Source of the DNA: an uncultured Actinomycetes bacterium
GTDB lineage: Bacteria; SZUA-79; Acidulodesulfobacterales; Acidulodesulfobacteraceae
Direction: 5' to 3'
Length of the DNA: 33,148 nucleotides
NCBI GenBank assembly: GCA_964631685.1
Contig: CAZVZU010000004.1
Location: 1 to 33,148 of the forward strand
The notes below the pieces were generated by a model that saw nothing but the letters and a program-made list of their open reading frames with translations, was not told where the DNA came from and did not search any database. The position numbers and the translations under genes were made by a program. Of this stretch, positions 8,161 to 18,370 are shown piece by piece; positions within the stretch are counted from its first letter, which is position 1; each line of letters opens with the position of its first letter.

Positions 8161-9063
8161 TCATAAACATTTCATCTTCATGTCATAGTTTTTTTTGCTT
8201 AAACCTATAATAATATCCCTGATTAATTTTGCAGACGTAGCCGAAGTTCTGTCGGAATTATCCGCCGGGGGACATACCTCAACAACATCTACGCCCACAA
8301 CATTAAGTTCGGTTAAGATTAACGATACGGCATCGAAAAGCTCTTTAGACGTAATCCCGCCCGCTTCAATATAGCCCGTTCCCGGGGCAAAAGCGGGGTC
8401 AAGCACGTCTATATCTATCGTCAGATAAATATTTCTGCCGGACAGCTGTCCGACTACCCTTTTTAACGGCTCGATAACCTCGTATTTATAAAGATGTGTA
8501 AATTTATTCGCAAACTCAAACTCTTCCTTTAAACCAGAACGAATACCAAACTGATACAACCTTCCTTCCTTAAGAACCTCGCAAACACGCCTTAGTACGG
8601 TGGCATGGGAAAATTTTTCATTACTCCATTCATCCCTTAAATCGGTATGTGCATCCAACTGCAACACGGTTAAATCTTTAAATTTTGACGCATACTGCTT
8701 TACAATTGGATATGTTATCAGATGATCACCACCGATACTCACCATTTTTTTACCGTCATTAATCAAAGCCCCTGCTATTCTATCTATAAATTTAATGCTT
8801 TTATCGACATTACCCCATGGCATAACAACATCACCGATATCGTAAAATTTATCATCTATTACTTCATCAAAAATAGGGCTATATTCCTCAAGCGTAACAG
8901 ATAGCTCCCTTATTTTTTGGGGAGCAAATCTGGAACCCGGAATATTACTCGCCGAATAATCCATAGGAACTCCCAATAAGACTACTTTTGAATCTTCATA
9001 CGAATCAGATGAATTTAAAAAAGAGGTAGTCTTTGATATTAAATTATCTTTTTTTATTTTCAT
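8161..9063 (-). CDS. speB: Agmatinase
   Basis: GGDHLIT, LDAHTDL, IDIDVLDPAFAPGTG. Start taken at ATG 9063, after the speE stop. Confidence 0.93.
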   Translation of the reverse strand: MKIKKDNLISKTTSFLNSSDSYEDSKVVLLGVPMDYSASNIPGSRFAPQKIRELSVTLEEYSPIFDEVIDDKFYDIGDVVMPWGNVDKSIKFIDRIAGALINDGKKMVSIGGDHLITYPIVKQYASKFKDLTVLQLDAHTDLRDEWSNEKFSHATVLRRVCEVLKEGRLYQFGIRSGLKEEFEFANKFTHLYKYEVIEPLKRVVGQLSGRNIYLTIDIDVLDPAFAPGTGYIEAGGITSKELFDAVSLILTELNVVGVDVVEVCPPADNSDRTSATSAKLIRDIIIGLSKKNYDMKMKCL

Positions 9064-9080
9064 GAAGTTATTTAATGAAA

Positions 9081-9926
9081 CTATTTGCATATATCCTTAA
9101 TAAAGTTTGGTAAAACAAATGACGCCGAATGAACTGCAGGCGAATAATACTTAAGATTGAGATTGCTAAAATTAAATTCTTTATAGCTCTCGTTTATATC
9201 TTTGGGTCTATAATTTTTTGAACCTATCGTAAAGCTCCATGAACCACTCGGATAAACAGGGATCATGGCGCAATAAAGAGCCGATTCAATGTACACGTCT
9301 TTAACGATCTTACTAATATCTCTTATTAGATTTTTATTAAAAAACGGGGATTCTGTCTGCGCCGCAAAGATACCGTTATCCTTCAACGCTCTTTCCGTAG
9401 ACTCGTAAAAATCTCTTTTAAATAAACCCTCTGCAGGACCGACGGGATCGGTTGAATCTACCAAAATAACATCGTATTTATCGTTATCACCGACATTCTT
9501 TAAAAATTCTATACCGTCTTCAGTAATAATATTTACTTTTTCGTCATCTAGTTTAGAAGAGATTTCAGGAAAAAACTCCTTAGACACATCTATGACCAGT
9601 TTATCTATCTCGACAAGGTCAATATGTTCAACGAAGGGATTTTTAAGACATTCTCTTATAATGCCACCATCACCCCCGCCAATGATAAGTATCCTTTTAG
9701 GAGCCTTGTGAGAAAAAAGAGGGACAAGCCCCAGCATTTCGTGGTAGACAAATTCATTTATGTCTGTAAACATAATCGCTTGATCAAGAACAAGCATCCT
9801 GCCAAATTCATATGTGTCATAAACGGCAATCTCCTGAAAAGCGGAGTATTCATGATGTAGTATACTTTTTATACGAATTTTTATTCCAAAATTGCCAGTC
9901 TGGTTTTCAAAGAACCATGTTTCCAT
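9081..9926 (-). CDS. speE: Polyamine aminopropyltransferase (spermidine synthase)
   Basis: YHEML, IIGGGDGG, DSTDPVGPA. AGGAGG RBS before ATG 9926 (METWFFE). Confidence 0.94.
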   Translation of the reverse strand: METWFFENQTGNFGIKIRIKSILHHEYSAFQEIAVYDTYEFGRMLVLDQAIMFTDINEFVYHEMLGLVPLFSHKAPKRILIIGGGDGGIIRECLKNPFVEHIDLVEIDKLVIDVSKEFFPEISSKLDDEKVNIITEDGIEFLKNVGDNDKYDVILVDSTDPVGPAEGLFKRDFYESTERALKDNGIFAAQTESPFFNKNLIRDISKIVKDVYIESALYCAMIPVYPSGSWSFTIGSKNYRPKDINESYKEFNFSNLNLKYYSPAVHSASFVLPNFIKDICK

Positions 9927-10033
9927 TGATGTTATGTCCTCCTTGCCTGATAAATAATATTTAACCCCCCATTGCAAGTTTATTGCGAGGCGTAATTTTT
10001 TAGATGCCATGTTATCGACAAAAACTTTACATA

Positions 10034-10378
10034 CTAACCCGGCGGCCAGCCAAAACTGCGACCCGCCATAAGATGAATATGCATGTGGTTTACAGTTTGT
10101 CCCCCGTCATCCTTGGTATTTATAGCAATCCTGAACCCACTGCCGGACACATGAAACTCACGAGCAAGATCGTTCATTAAAAGGAAAACCTCGTTCCCGT
10201 TAAATCCATTGTTAATATCTATATCAAGAATGCTCGCGTAGTGTTTTTTAGGTATTATTAATAAATGAACAGGCGAAACAGGATTTATATCGTTAATGAC
10301 TATAAAATTATCGGTTTCCTTGACTATGCCGACATTCATTTGCTTATTTATAATCTTACAAAAAATACAATCTTCCAT
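10034..10378 (-). CDS. hinT: Histidine triad nucleotide-binding protein (HINT)
   Basis: DCIFCKI, GQTVNHMHIHL, GWPPG C-terminus. Confidence 0.93.
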   Translation of the reverse strand: MEDCIFCKIINKQMNVGIVKETDNFIVINDINPVSPVHLLIIPKKHYASILDIDINNGFNGNEVFLLMNDLAREFHVSGSGFRIAINTKDDGGQTVNHMHIHLMAGRSFGWPPG

Positions 10379-10504
10379 CGTTCCTTTTAATTTTACAAAT
10401 GTTTTTTTGTGAATACCCGGCCTTTTATTATAATTAATTTATAAAATATAAACAATACAATTTTATTTAACGAAAACAGTATGCGAATGAGGATAACAGA
10501 AAGC

Positions 10505-11830
10505 CTATTCAATAGAAATATCAGTTGATAATGAATTAATAGTCAGTCCTGTGATGATTTTAGGATAAAAAAAAGTAGATTTTTGAGGCATCCTAAGATT
10601 CATAGATGCTGTCTTAATTACATCTTCTACCTTCGTAGGGTTCATGAAAAATACGGCCTCTATAAGTCCATCATTGAGTTTTCCTAAGGCATCACCGGCA
10701 TCCTTTTTGTATATCAGATATCTTTGATTTTTAATATCGTCTTTAGAAATATTCAAAACCTTTTTAAGTACATAACTCTCTAAAATAGAAACATCTAAAG
10801 ATTGAAGAGGTTTTTTTCCGGTGGCATCAACATTACCCGTAACATTTTTGAAGGATAAAATATAGTTCCTTCCTGATTTATGTGCAAACCCAAATGAACA
10901 AACACCCTCCCCTGTTTTTTTAGTTCCCTCTATTAAATCGTTTCGGCTAACGCTGTGTATATCAAAGTCTTTCTTGATTTCATTTACAAAAGTATCCACA
11001 TCTATTGCCTTGTTTATAATACAACGATGTGTGGGTAGTATAATAAGACCATTTTGATTGGCAGGAGCAAAATACATCATGCAGGCATCTGCATTAACAT
11101 TCTTTATTTGATGTTTTTTTACATAATTTCTATAGTTAACACATGTTTCAAACCTATGGTGACCGTCTGCTATATAAAAATATTTTTGCTCCATCTCGTT
11201 TTGAATATATTTTATAGTGTTGATATCACAAACTCTATACAGCGTATTGGATATATTATTTTCGTCTTTAAAATCAAAAATCTTTGCTGCAACACCACTT
11301 TTTATGGAATCACTCAATGCAGTCAAAACACTTAAATCATCGTCCTCAAAAATAGAAAAAATAGGACTAAAATTAGCTTTTGTAGCATCTATAAGTTTAA
11401 ATCTGTCCTCTTTGGGCATTGATAGGGTTGATTCATGCCCATAAATACCACCACCATCTTTCTTGTCCAGCGCATCTAACGAAAAAAGAGAAATGAATCC
11501 AAATCTCTCATATTCAATATTATCTATGTGAAATTTTTGAACATAGATGTAAATAGAATGCATTTTATCCGGTTTAAGGATCCCTTTTTGAATCCAATCT
11601 TTAAAAAATATGCCGGCCCTAGAATATCTATTGTCACCTTCATCATCATCACTAAACTCTTTCCCTAATTCCAATCGTACAACATTGAAATCTGATTTTT
11701 TATACAAAACATCCTGCAAGGCAGCATCTATTACGTCGTAGGGTGGAGAAACAACATCTTGGATATCGACAAATTCATCGTCGTAACTATATGATTTAAA
11801 AGGCAGAACCCTTGCGCCAATCTTTTTCAA
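10505..11830 (-). CDS. DUF1015 family protein
   Basis: SPPYDVI, HEST, YIADGHHRFET, MPQKSTFFYPK. Confidence 0.9.
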   Translation of the reverse strand: MKKIGARVLPFKSYSYDDEFVDIQDVVSPPYDVIDAALQDVLYKKSDFNVVRLELGKEFSDDDEGDNRYSRAGIFFKDWIQKGILKPDKMHSIYIYVQKFHIDNIEYERFGFISLFSLDALDKKDGGGIYGHESTLSMPKEDRFKLIDATKANFSPIFSIFEDDDLSVLTALSDSIKSGVAAKIFDFKDENNISNTLYRVCDINTIKYIQNEMEQKYFYIADGHHRFETCVNYRNYVKKHQIKNVNADACMMYFAPANQNGLIILPTHRCIINKAIDVDTFVNEIKKDFDIHSVSRNDLIEGTKKTGEGVCSFGFAHKSGRNYILSFKNVTGNVDATGKKPLQSLDVSILESYVLKKVLNISKDDIKNQRYLIYKKDAGDALGKLNDGLIEAVFFMNPTKVEDVIKTASMNLRMPQKSTFFYPKIITGLTINSLSTDISIE

Positions 11831-11910
11831 TTTTTATCTAACTCTTAATTTTATCTTTAAAGTCAATCGCCTTGAATAATTCAGGCAGAGATTGCATTCG
11901 AATCACAGAG

Positions 11911-12807
11911 CTACAGTACTGAAGTCGATCCTGAGGTAGCATATGAATGAAGACCTGGAATTATTATATCAACACCAAGGTAACAGAATATCACCACGGC
12001 AAATCCAATAATGGCAATCCATGCCATTTTCTTTCCTGCCCACCCTTTTGTAATCCTGGCATGAACAAATAAAACATACGTAATCCATGTTATTAAGGAC
12101 CATGTTTCCTTTGGATCCCAGCTCCAGAAGCCTCCCCAAGCGCTATCAGCCCACGCAGCGCCGATAACAACACCTACTGTTAAAAATACGAGTCCAAATA
12201 CTACAACCTTATAGACGGCTTCATCTATAATTACCGAGGGGGGTAAGAGACTCAAAAATCCCTTTCTCTTCTTTGAGGAATTGCTCTCCATTTTATGTTT
12301 AAGCAGATAAAGGATACCCAGACCGAAAGATGCCCCAAAAGCTCCATATGCTATAAAAAGCGTTACAATATGATAAATCAGCCACGAGCTTTGAAGCGCC
12401 GGAATGGTAGGCTCTATAGTGCTTTTTGCGAGTGGCGAAAATGACGCAAAAGCCAGTGCCAGTCCCGCTACGATGCTTATAATAAACCCAAGCACATCAA
12501 AATCGTAGAAAATTTTTACAAGGATAAAACCAAGAATCACCACATACGCGAAGAACACTAATGAATCATAAAGGTCTACCAACGGGGGTGTATCTATCCC
12601 TATTTGGTATGAATAGACCCATCTTTCGATGAAGGCAAACGTTTGTATCGCTAATGCTATGATTAGTGCGATAAAAGACAGCTTGGAAGCCAATTTATTA
12701 CTTGTGAATATATATGAAAAATAGCCCAGAAAAGAAGCTATAACAAAAATTAAAGAAACTGTAAACAATAAGGAACCGTCTAATATTGATATATGTAAGG
12801 AACCCAT
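11911..12807 (-). CDS. ccsA: Cytochrome c biogenesis protein CcsA/ResC (system II)
   Basis: WWD domain WADSAWGGFWSWDPKETW. Conserved His residues in WLIYH, LFVHAR and GLHSY. Confidence 0.95.
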   Translation of the reverse strand: MGSLHISILDGSLLFTVSLIFVIASFLGYFSYIFTSNKLASKLSFIALIIALAIQTFAFIERWVYSYQIGIDTPPLVDLYDSLVFFAYVVILGFILVKIFYDFDVLGFIISIVAGLALAFASFSPLAKSTIEPTIPALQSSWLIYHIVTLFIAYGAFGASFGLGILYLLKHKMESNSSKKRKGFLSLLPPSVIIDEAVYKVVVFGLVFLTVGVVIGAAWADSAWGGFWSWDPKETWSLITWITYVLFVHARITKGWAGKKMAWIAIIGFAVVIFCYLGVDIIIPGLHSYATSGSTSVL

Positions 12808-12856
12808 AATGCATTCTCCGTTTAAAAATCGTTAAATAAATACAATCTGAAAACTT

Positions 12857-14230
12857 TTATTTAAGACTATTTTTTATACTTGACATTTTTCTGTCAAACT
12901 TTGCGTAAAAAGAAGAAAACCTTTTTCGCGGAGCGGATATTATAGCCACATCTGTCCCGCTTTCGTCTTTTCTGGGTGTCAATCTTACCCATGTCTCTTC
13001 ATGGTTAAAGAAAAATGAAAAAAACAGGGCTATAATCAGCATGATAGAGCCGACCCATACAACCGAAGTATAAGAATTTTTAGTTATCTCGACGCCGCTG
13101 TAGTAATAGGTCTTCATCCCGTCGTAGAAGAAAACTACATTCTTATATTTTGCAAATACCAAGGGCACGGCGTGGTTACTGTGTTTTACAACCAGAAAAT
13201 TAAACTTCAATTTCTGTAAATATTTATTATTTGTACCGTTATAAACAACAATATAAAACGGTATTTCATGCTTTTTTGGATTCCGCACGGAGAAAAGCTT
13301 AAAGCTTATGTTGTAACTCTTTAGATTATAAAATTTTCCGCGTTGAACAGCGACGGCTTTTTTGTGTCCCTTATTTTTTAAATTAAGAATAAGAAACTTA
13401 AGCGCATTAGGTTTATAATGCCCATAACTCGTTTGATATATAGTTAAACCATCGTATGTCAAAGGATGGTTTACCATTATATCCTTGGTGAACACGGCTA
13501 CATGAGCCTTATTTATAATAGTGACCTTACTTATGTAAGCCTTTGGCCTACCGTCCTTATAATATTTAGTTTCATATTTATCAAGCCGTATGGTAAATGG
13601 CAACTTGATAGCTTTGTTGCTTTTCAGTAAGTACGAGATGTTTGTCTTCTCCCCTACTTTTATATTGGTATACGATCTGAATCCATATTTTACCGTTAGC
13701 AAGACCCCTATAATAATAACTATAATACTGAGATGAGCGATGTAAGGGGAAAATCTAAATATTGAATTTCTTGAGTAGTATAATTCCTTAGCATTTGATT
13801 CATGTACACTAGATTCATTTAAAAGAGTTCCAAATTTACCCTTTAAAACACTTATGATATCGGACTCTTTCTTTTTTGACTCAAAACTCTTATAAGCAAA
13901 CTTATCACCCTTCTTGTCCATTATTTTATTAAAGGACGGAAACGGCCCGAAAACTGCCTTGGCGGTTCGGGGAAACGCGTTTATCGAAGCAACAGAAAGG
14001 TTTATTAGCAATAAAATGGTAAGCCCTACAAAATACCACGAGTCGTATACGTTTAAAAATCCGAGCCAATACAAAACCGCAAAGGCTTTCGCCCCATATA
14101 CGACCTTATATTGCGCCATAGTGCCGCTCTGGCTTATAAATGTCCCTGCCATTGAGATAACGGCAATTGATATAAATAGGAATATAGCTAATTTAATTGA
14201 AGAGAAAAATTTATTTAATTTTGAAAACAT
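12857..14230 (-). CDS. resB: Cytochrome c biogenesis protein ResB/Ccs1
   Basis: FSSIKLAI, VYDSWYF, YIAHLS, VNHPLTYDG.TIYQTSY. Start taken at MFSKLNK (14230). Confidence 0.9.
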   Translation of the reverse strand: MFSKLNKFFSSIKLAIFLFISIAVISMAGTFISQSGTMAQYKVVYGAKAFAVLYWLGFLNVYDSWYFVGLTILLLINLSVASINAFPRTAKAVFGPFPSFNKIMDKKGDKFAYKSFESKKKESDIISVLKGKFGTLLNESSVHESNAKELYYSRNSIFRFSPYIAHLSIIVIIIGVLLTVKYGFRSYTNIKVGEKTNISYLLKSNKAIKLPFTIRLDKYETKYYKDGRPKAYISKVTIINKAHVAVFTKDIMVNHPLTYDGLTIYQTSYGHYKPNALKFLILNLKNKGHKKAVAVQRGKFYNLKSYNISFKLFSVRNPKKHEIPFYIVVYNGTNNKYLQKLKFNFLVVKHSNHAVPLVFAKYKNVVFFYDGMKTYYYSGVEITKNSYTSVVWVGSIMLIIALFFSFFFNHEETWVRLTPRKDESGTDVAIISAPRKRFSSFYAKFDRKMSSIKNSLK

Positions 14231-14355
14231 TTTTGTATTGTATTTAATTCTGTAAAAATTGTAAAGTAAAAAATTAACAAAGATACGCAGTATCGCAATG
14301 TTCAAAAAAGCGGTTTATGAATCATTCGCTGTTAATTAAACGAGCTAATTAAATC

Positions 14356-14384
14356 TTGACAAATTATAAAAATATTGCTTAAAT
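14356..14384 (+). promoter_or_regulatory. Sigma70 promoter of the hrcA operon
   Basis: TTGACA at 14356-14361, then 17 nt, then TG-n-TTAAAT, immediately upstream of CIRCE. Confidence 0.6.
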
Positions 14385-14389
14385 GTTTA

Positions 14390-14416
14390 TTAGCACTCAT
14401 AATCATTAAGTGCTAA
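14390..14416 (+). promoter_or_regulatory. CIRCE operator (HrcA site)
   Basis: TTAGCACTC-N9-AAGTGCTAA, one mismatch to the consensus, upstream of hrcA. Confidence 0.95.
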
Positions 14417-14583
14417 TAAAAAATATTAATAATTACGCTGAGTTAGCTGTCCGATATACTCATAAGACTCTGTTGTAATGGGTTATAATCAACAGCTAAA
14501 GTACGTCGCGTATCAATAAGAAGAAAAAAGAACATATATTGAAAGAAACACCATGGCGAATAGATTGAAAAATAAATTGTGGC

Positions 14584-15639
14584 ATGAAGTATAAAGACAT
14601 GCACAAGGATGCTGCCATAAACGAAAGGTGTAGGGATGTTTTATTGGCAATAATCGAGAGCTATTTTGCAACGGCGAGCCCCGTAGGATCGCGGTTTGTC
14701 GCCGAAAATTATTACCTGGATCTAAGCTCTGCATCAATTAGAAACATCATGGCAACGCTGGAAGAAAATGAGTATATTTATCAGCCTCATTTCTCCGCAG
14801 GCAGAGTTCCAACTGCAAAGGGCTATAAGCTTTACATAAAAAGCTTAATGAAAACGGAACGTATATCTAAAAAAAAGAAGGAGATAATAAAAAAGACATT
14901 TTATTTAGAAAATAGCAACATCAACAACATACTGCAACGGACATCACGGTCGCTATCCGACTTGTCACATTACACCGGGGTTGTTCTTGCCCCCGAGACA
15001 TCACAAATAAGTCTTTTACATATTGAGTTCGTGCGGGTTAAGTCTAATAATATTCTTGTAGTTATGGTGTTTAAAAATGCCATAGTAGAAAATAGGCTAA
15101 TCTATGTTTACAAGGATATCAAACAAAAAGAACTCAACGGATACTCGGGAAAATTAAATAGGCTTTTAGAGAGAAAGGATTGTGATATTGATGTCCTTAA
15201 AGATATTATCACCAATGAAATGTATAATGACAAGGAAAATTTTTATTCGATATTAAACGATATGATATTTAATTTTACAAATAGTGCCGAACAAAATATA
15301 GATGACTGCTTATACATCGGACCGGAAACAGTTTTGCTTGATGAACCCGAATTTTCAGACAACGAGCGAATAAAACTACTTATCAAAACTATTAACGATA
15401 AGAAAACTATAATGAAATTATTGGGGCTCACCAAAAATTGCAACACCAACCGGATATTCATCGGCTCTAATGCTGAATGGTCGGAGATCAGCGGGCTGTC
15501 TTTAATTACGGCACCTTATTTAAGCAAAAATAAAGCATTAAGCGGTTCAATAGGGATAATAGGTCCTTCTCGCATGAACTATTCGCAGGTTATTCCGATA
15601 ATAGATTTTATGGCCAAACTATTGGGTGAAATTATATAA
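14584..15639 (+). CDS. hrcA: Heat-inducible transcription repressor HrcA (start may be ATG 14599)
   Basis: PVGSR, SSASIRNIMA, QPHFSAGRVPT, GIIGPSRMNY. Confidence 0.96.
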   Translation: MKYKDMHKDAAINERCRDVLLAIIESYFATASPVGSRFVAENYYLDLSSASIRNIMATLEENEYIYQPHFSAGRVPTAKGYKLYIKSLMKTERISKKKKEIIKKTFYLENSNINNILQRTSRSLSDLSHYTGVVLAPETSQISLLHIEFVRVKSNNILVVMVFKNAIVENRLIYVYKDIKQKELNGYSGKLNRLLERKDCDIDVLKDIITNEMYNDKENFYSILNDMIFNFTNSAEQNIDDCLYIGPETVLLDEPEFSDNERIKLLIKTINDKKTIMKLLGLTKNCNTNRIFIGSNAEWSEISGLSLITAPYLSKNKALSGSIGIIGPSRMNYSQVIPIIDFMAKLLGEII

Positions 15640-15697
15640 CGTCATGACGAACGACTGTGATTAAAATATTAAATATTTAAGCCGGGAGATTTAAACA

Positions 15698-16351
15698 ATG
15701 GACGAAAAGAAACATGAAGAAGATGTTATTAACAATGCGCCTGAAAAAGAGATGCCTGAAAAAGAGCAGAATGCAGAGGCTGTAGCAAACACTGTAGATT
15801 TAGATGTGGATGAACTTCCGGGACCTACTAACCTTACCGAAGCCGAGGATGAGCTTAAATATATGGTCAATGCATTTAAAAATATAAAGGAAGAGCGTGA
15901 CGAACTTAATGAAAATTATCTTAAGAGCCTGGCCGAGGCAGAAAATTTTAGGAAGAGAATTTATAGGGAAAAGGAAGAATCGTTAAAGTACTCTAATGAA
16001 AAACTTATAGGGGATCTAATACCTGTTTTGGATTTTTTAGACCTTGCTATAGGACATTCTGAGACATATATTGAGCAAGATAAAACGGGAAACTTAAAAT
16101 CTTTTGTAGAAGGGGTAAAATTATCGTACAATGAATTTATCAAGGTATTAAAAAGTTACGGTGTTGATATTATAGAAACCACCGGCAAAACCTTCGACCC
16201 TAATTTTCACCAGGTAGTTGAAATGGTTGAAGATTCAGATCAGCCGGACGGCAAAATTTTAGAGGAAAAAAGAAGTGGTTACACCTACAAGGAGAGACTG
16301 CTTAGACCTTCTCTTGTTTCTATTTCTAAAACTGCGAAAGAGCAAAAGTAA
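15698..16351 (+). CDS. grpE: Nucleotide exchange factor GrpE
   Basis: AEAENFRKR, FDPNFH, GYTYKERLLRP; position in the operon. Confidence 0.96.
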   Translation: MDEKKHEEDVINNAPEKEMPEKEQNAEAVANTVDLDVDELPGPTNLTEAEDELKYMVNAFKNIKEERDELNENYLKSLAEAENFRKRIYREKEESLKYSNEKLIGDLIPVLDFLDLAIGHSETYIEQDKTGNLKSFVEGVKLSYNEFIKVLKSYGVDIIETTGKTFDPNFHQVVEMVEDSDQPDGKILEEKRSGYTYKERLLRPSLVSISKTAKEQK

Positions 16352-16408
16352 TAAATTATTTAACGTTTTAAAAAAGTAAATTTATATATTTTTAAGGAGA
16401 GATTAACC

Positions 16409-18334
16409 ATGGGAAAAGTAATTGGAATTGATTTAGGAACCACAAATTCTTGTGTTGCGGTTATGGAGGGAAAAGAACCTACTGTAATAGCAAACTCAGA
16501 GGGGGCAAGAACGACTCCGTCTGTAGTATCAATAGCTGATAATGGAGAAAGACTTGTCGGGCAAGCCGCAAAAAGGCAGGCCGTCACCAATCCGGAAAAT
16601 ACCATTTATGCAGTTAAAAGGCTAATAGGAAGGAAATATAACTCTACGGAGGTACAGGCTTTTAAAAAGGTGTGCCCATACGAAATAGTAGAAAATGAGA
16701 ATGGAGATGCATGGGTTGAGGTAAGGGGCAGAAAATATTCTCCCGCCGAAATCTCATCAATGATTTTGACTAAAATGAAAAAGAGCGCCGAAGACTATCT
16801 CGGCGAAACAGTAACGGAAGCGGTCATCACCGTCCCCGCATATTTCAATGATTCGCAAAGACAGGCAACGAAGGATGCCGGTAAAATCGCAGGGCTTGAT
16901 GTTTTAAGAATTATCAACGAGCCAACCGCATCTTCCCTTTCTTACGGACTTGACAAACAAAAGGAAGAAAAGATTGCAGTATATGATCTTGGCGGCGGAA
17001 CATTCGACATATCCATATTGGAACTCGGAGAAGGAGTTTTTGAGGTTAAATCTACAAACGGTGATACATTTCTCGGGGGCGAAGATTTTGATCAAAAAAC
17101 AATAGAATATATTGCCTCAGAATTCAAAAAAGATCACGGTATTGATTTAAAAAATGATAAAATGGCGCTCCAAAGACTGAAAGAAGCGGCCGAAAAGGCA
17201 AAAATAGAGTTATCTTCATCCTTAGAAACAGACATAAATCTCCCTTTTGTTACTGCAGACGCAAGTGGACCTAAGCACTTAAATATGAAACTTTCAAGGG
17301 CTAAGTTGGAACAGCTCACAAGCGATTTAGTTGAAAGATCTATTGTTCCAGTCGGAATAGCGCTAAAAGATGCAAACTTAAATGCGTCGCAAATAGATGA
17401 GATTGTGCTCGTAGGCGGACAAACAAGAATGCCTAAGGTCCAACAGAGGGTTAAAGAATTTTTTGGGAAAGAGCCTCATAAAGGCGTTAATCCGGACGAG
17501 GTTGTTGCAGTAGGCGCGGCGATACAAGGTGCTGTTTTGAAAGGGGATGTTAAAGATGTCCTTTTACTTGACGTAACACCTTTATCACTCGGGATTGAGA
17601 CGCTCGGTGGAGTAATTACAAAACTTATAGAAAAAAATACTACAGTTCCTACAAGAAAAAGTCAGGTATTTTCCACGGCGGCTGATAATCAACCTGCCGT
17701 TACCATAAATGTTCTTCAGGGCGAAAGAGAAATGGCTTCCGACAACAAGGGCCTTGGCAGATTTGAGTTGACGGGGATACCCCCCTCTCCAAGGGGCATC
17801 CCGCAGATAGAAGTTACTTTCGATATTGACGCAAACGGAATAGTTCATGTCTCCGCAAAGGACCTCGGGACAGGCAAAGAACAATCTATCAAGATTACCG
17901 CATCCAGCGGACTCTCAAAGGAAGAAATAGATAAAATGGTAAAAGAGGCTGAATTACACAAAGAAGAAGATTTAAAAAGAAAGGAGCTTATTGAAGTAAG
18001 GAACCGCTTGGATGGGTTAGTTTACTCAATCGAAAAAACCTTAAAAGATTCTGGGGATAAGGTTGAGTCTTCCGACAAAATGGCTGCTGAAGAAAAGATT
18101 TCAGAAGCAAAAAAAGCCCTTGAAGCAGATGATGTCGACAAAATAAAAGCAATTACAGAAGAATTGGAAAAATTATCTCATTCGATTGCGGAAGCGATTT
18201 ACAAAAAAACGGCAGAAGCTTCAACCGCCGGCGCCCCCGAAAATGGACAGGAACAACCAGCAGAAGAAGCACCTAAAGACGAAAATGTCGTTGAAGCAGA
18301 ATATGAAGAGGTAAAAGATAAGGATAAAAAATAA
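16409..18334 (+). CDS. dnaK: Chaperone DnaK
   Basis: [32 protein letters not shown]. Confidence 0.99.
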   Translation: MGKVIGIDLGTTNSCVAVMEGKEPTVIANSEGARTTPSVVSIADNGERLVGQAAKRQAVTNPENTIYAVKRLIGRKYNSTEVQAFKKVCPYEIVENENGDAWVEVRGRKYSPAEISSMILTKMKKSAEDYLGETVTEAVITVPAYFNDSQRQATKDAGKIAGLDVLRIINEPTASSLSYGLDKQKEEKIAVYDLGGGTFDISILELGEGVFEVKSTNGDTFLGGEDFDQKTIEYIASEFKKDHGIDLKNDKMALQRLKEAAEKAKIELSSSLETDINLPFVTADASGPKHLNMKLSRAKLEQLTSDLVERSIVPVGIALKDANLNASQIDEIVLVGGQTRMPKVQQRVKEFFGKEPHKGVNPDEVVAVGAAIQGAVLKGDVKDVLLLDVTPLSLGIETLGGVITKLIEKNTTVPTRKSQVFSTAADNQPAVTINVLQGEREMASDNKGLGRFELTGIPPSPRGIPQIEVTFDIDANGIVHVSAKDLGTGKEQSIKITASSGLSKEEIDKMVKEAELHKEEDLKRKELIEVRNRLDGLVYSIEKTLKDSGDKVESSDKMAAEEKISEAKKALEADDVDKIKAITEELEKLSHSIAEAIYKKTAEASTAGAPENGQEQPAEEAPKDENVVEAEYEEVKDKDKK

Positions 18335-18370
18335 AAATAATGACCGGAATTTATTGAAATTAAGGAAATC

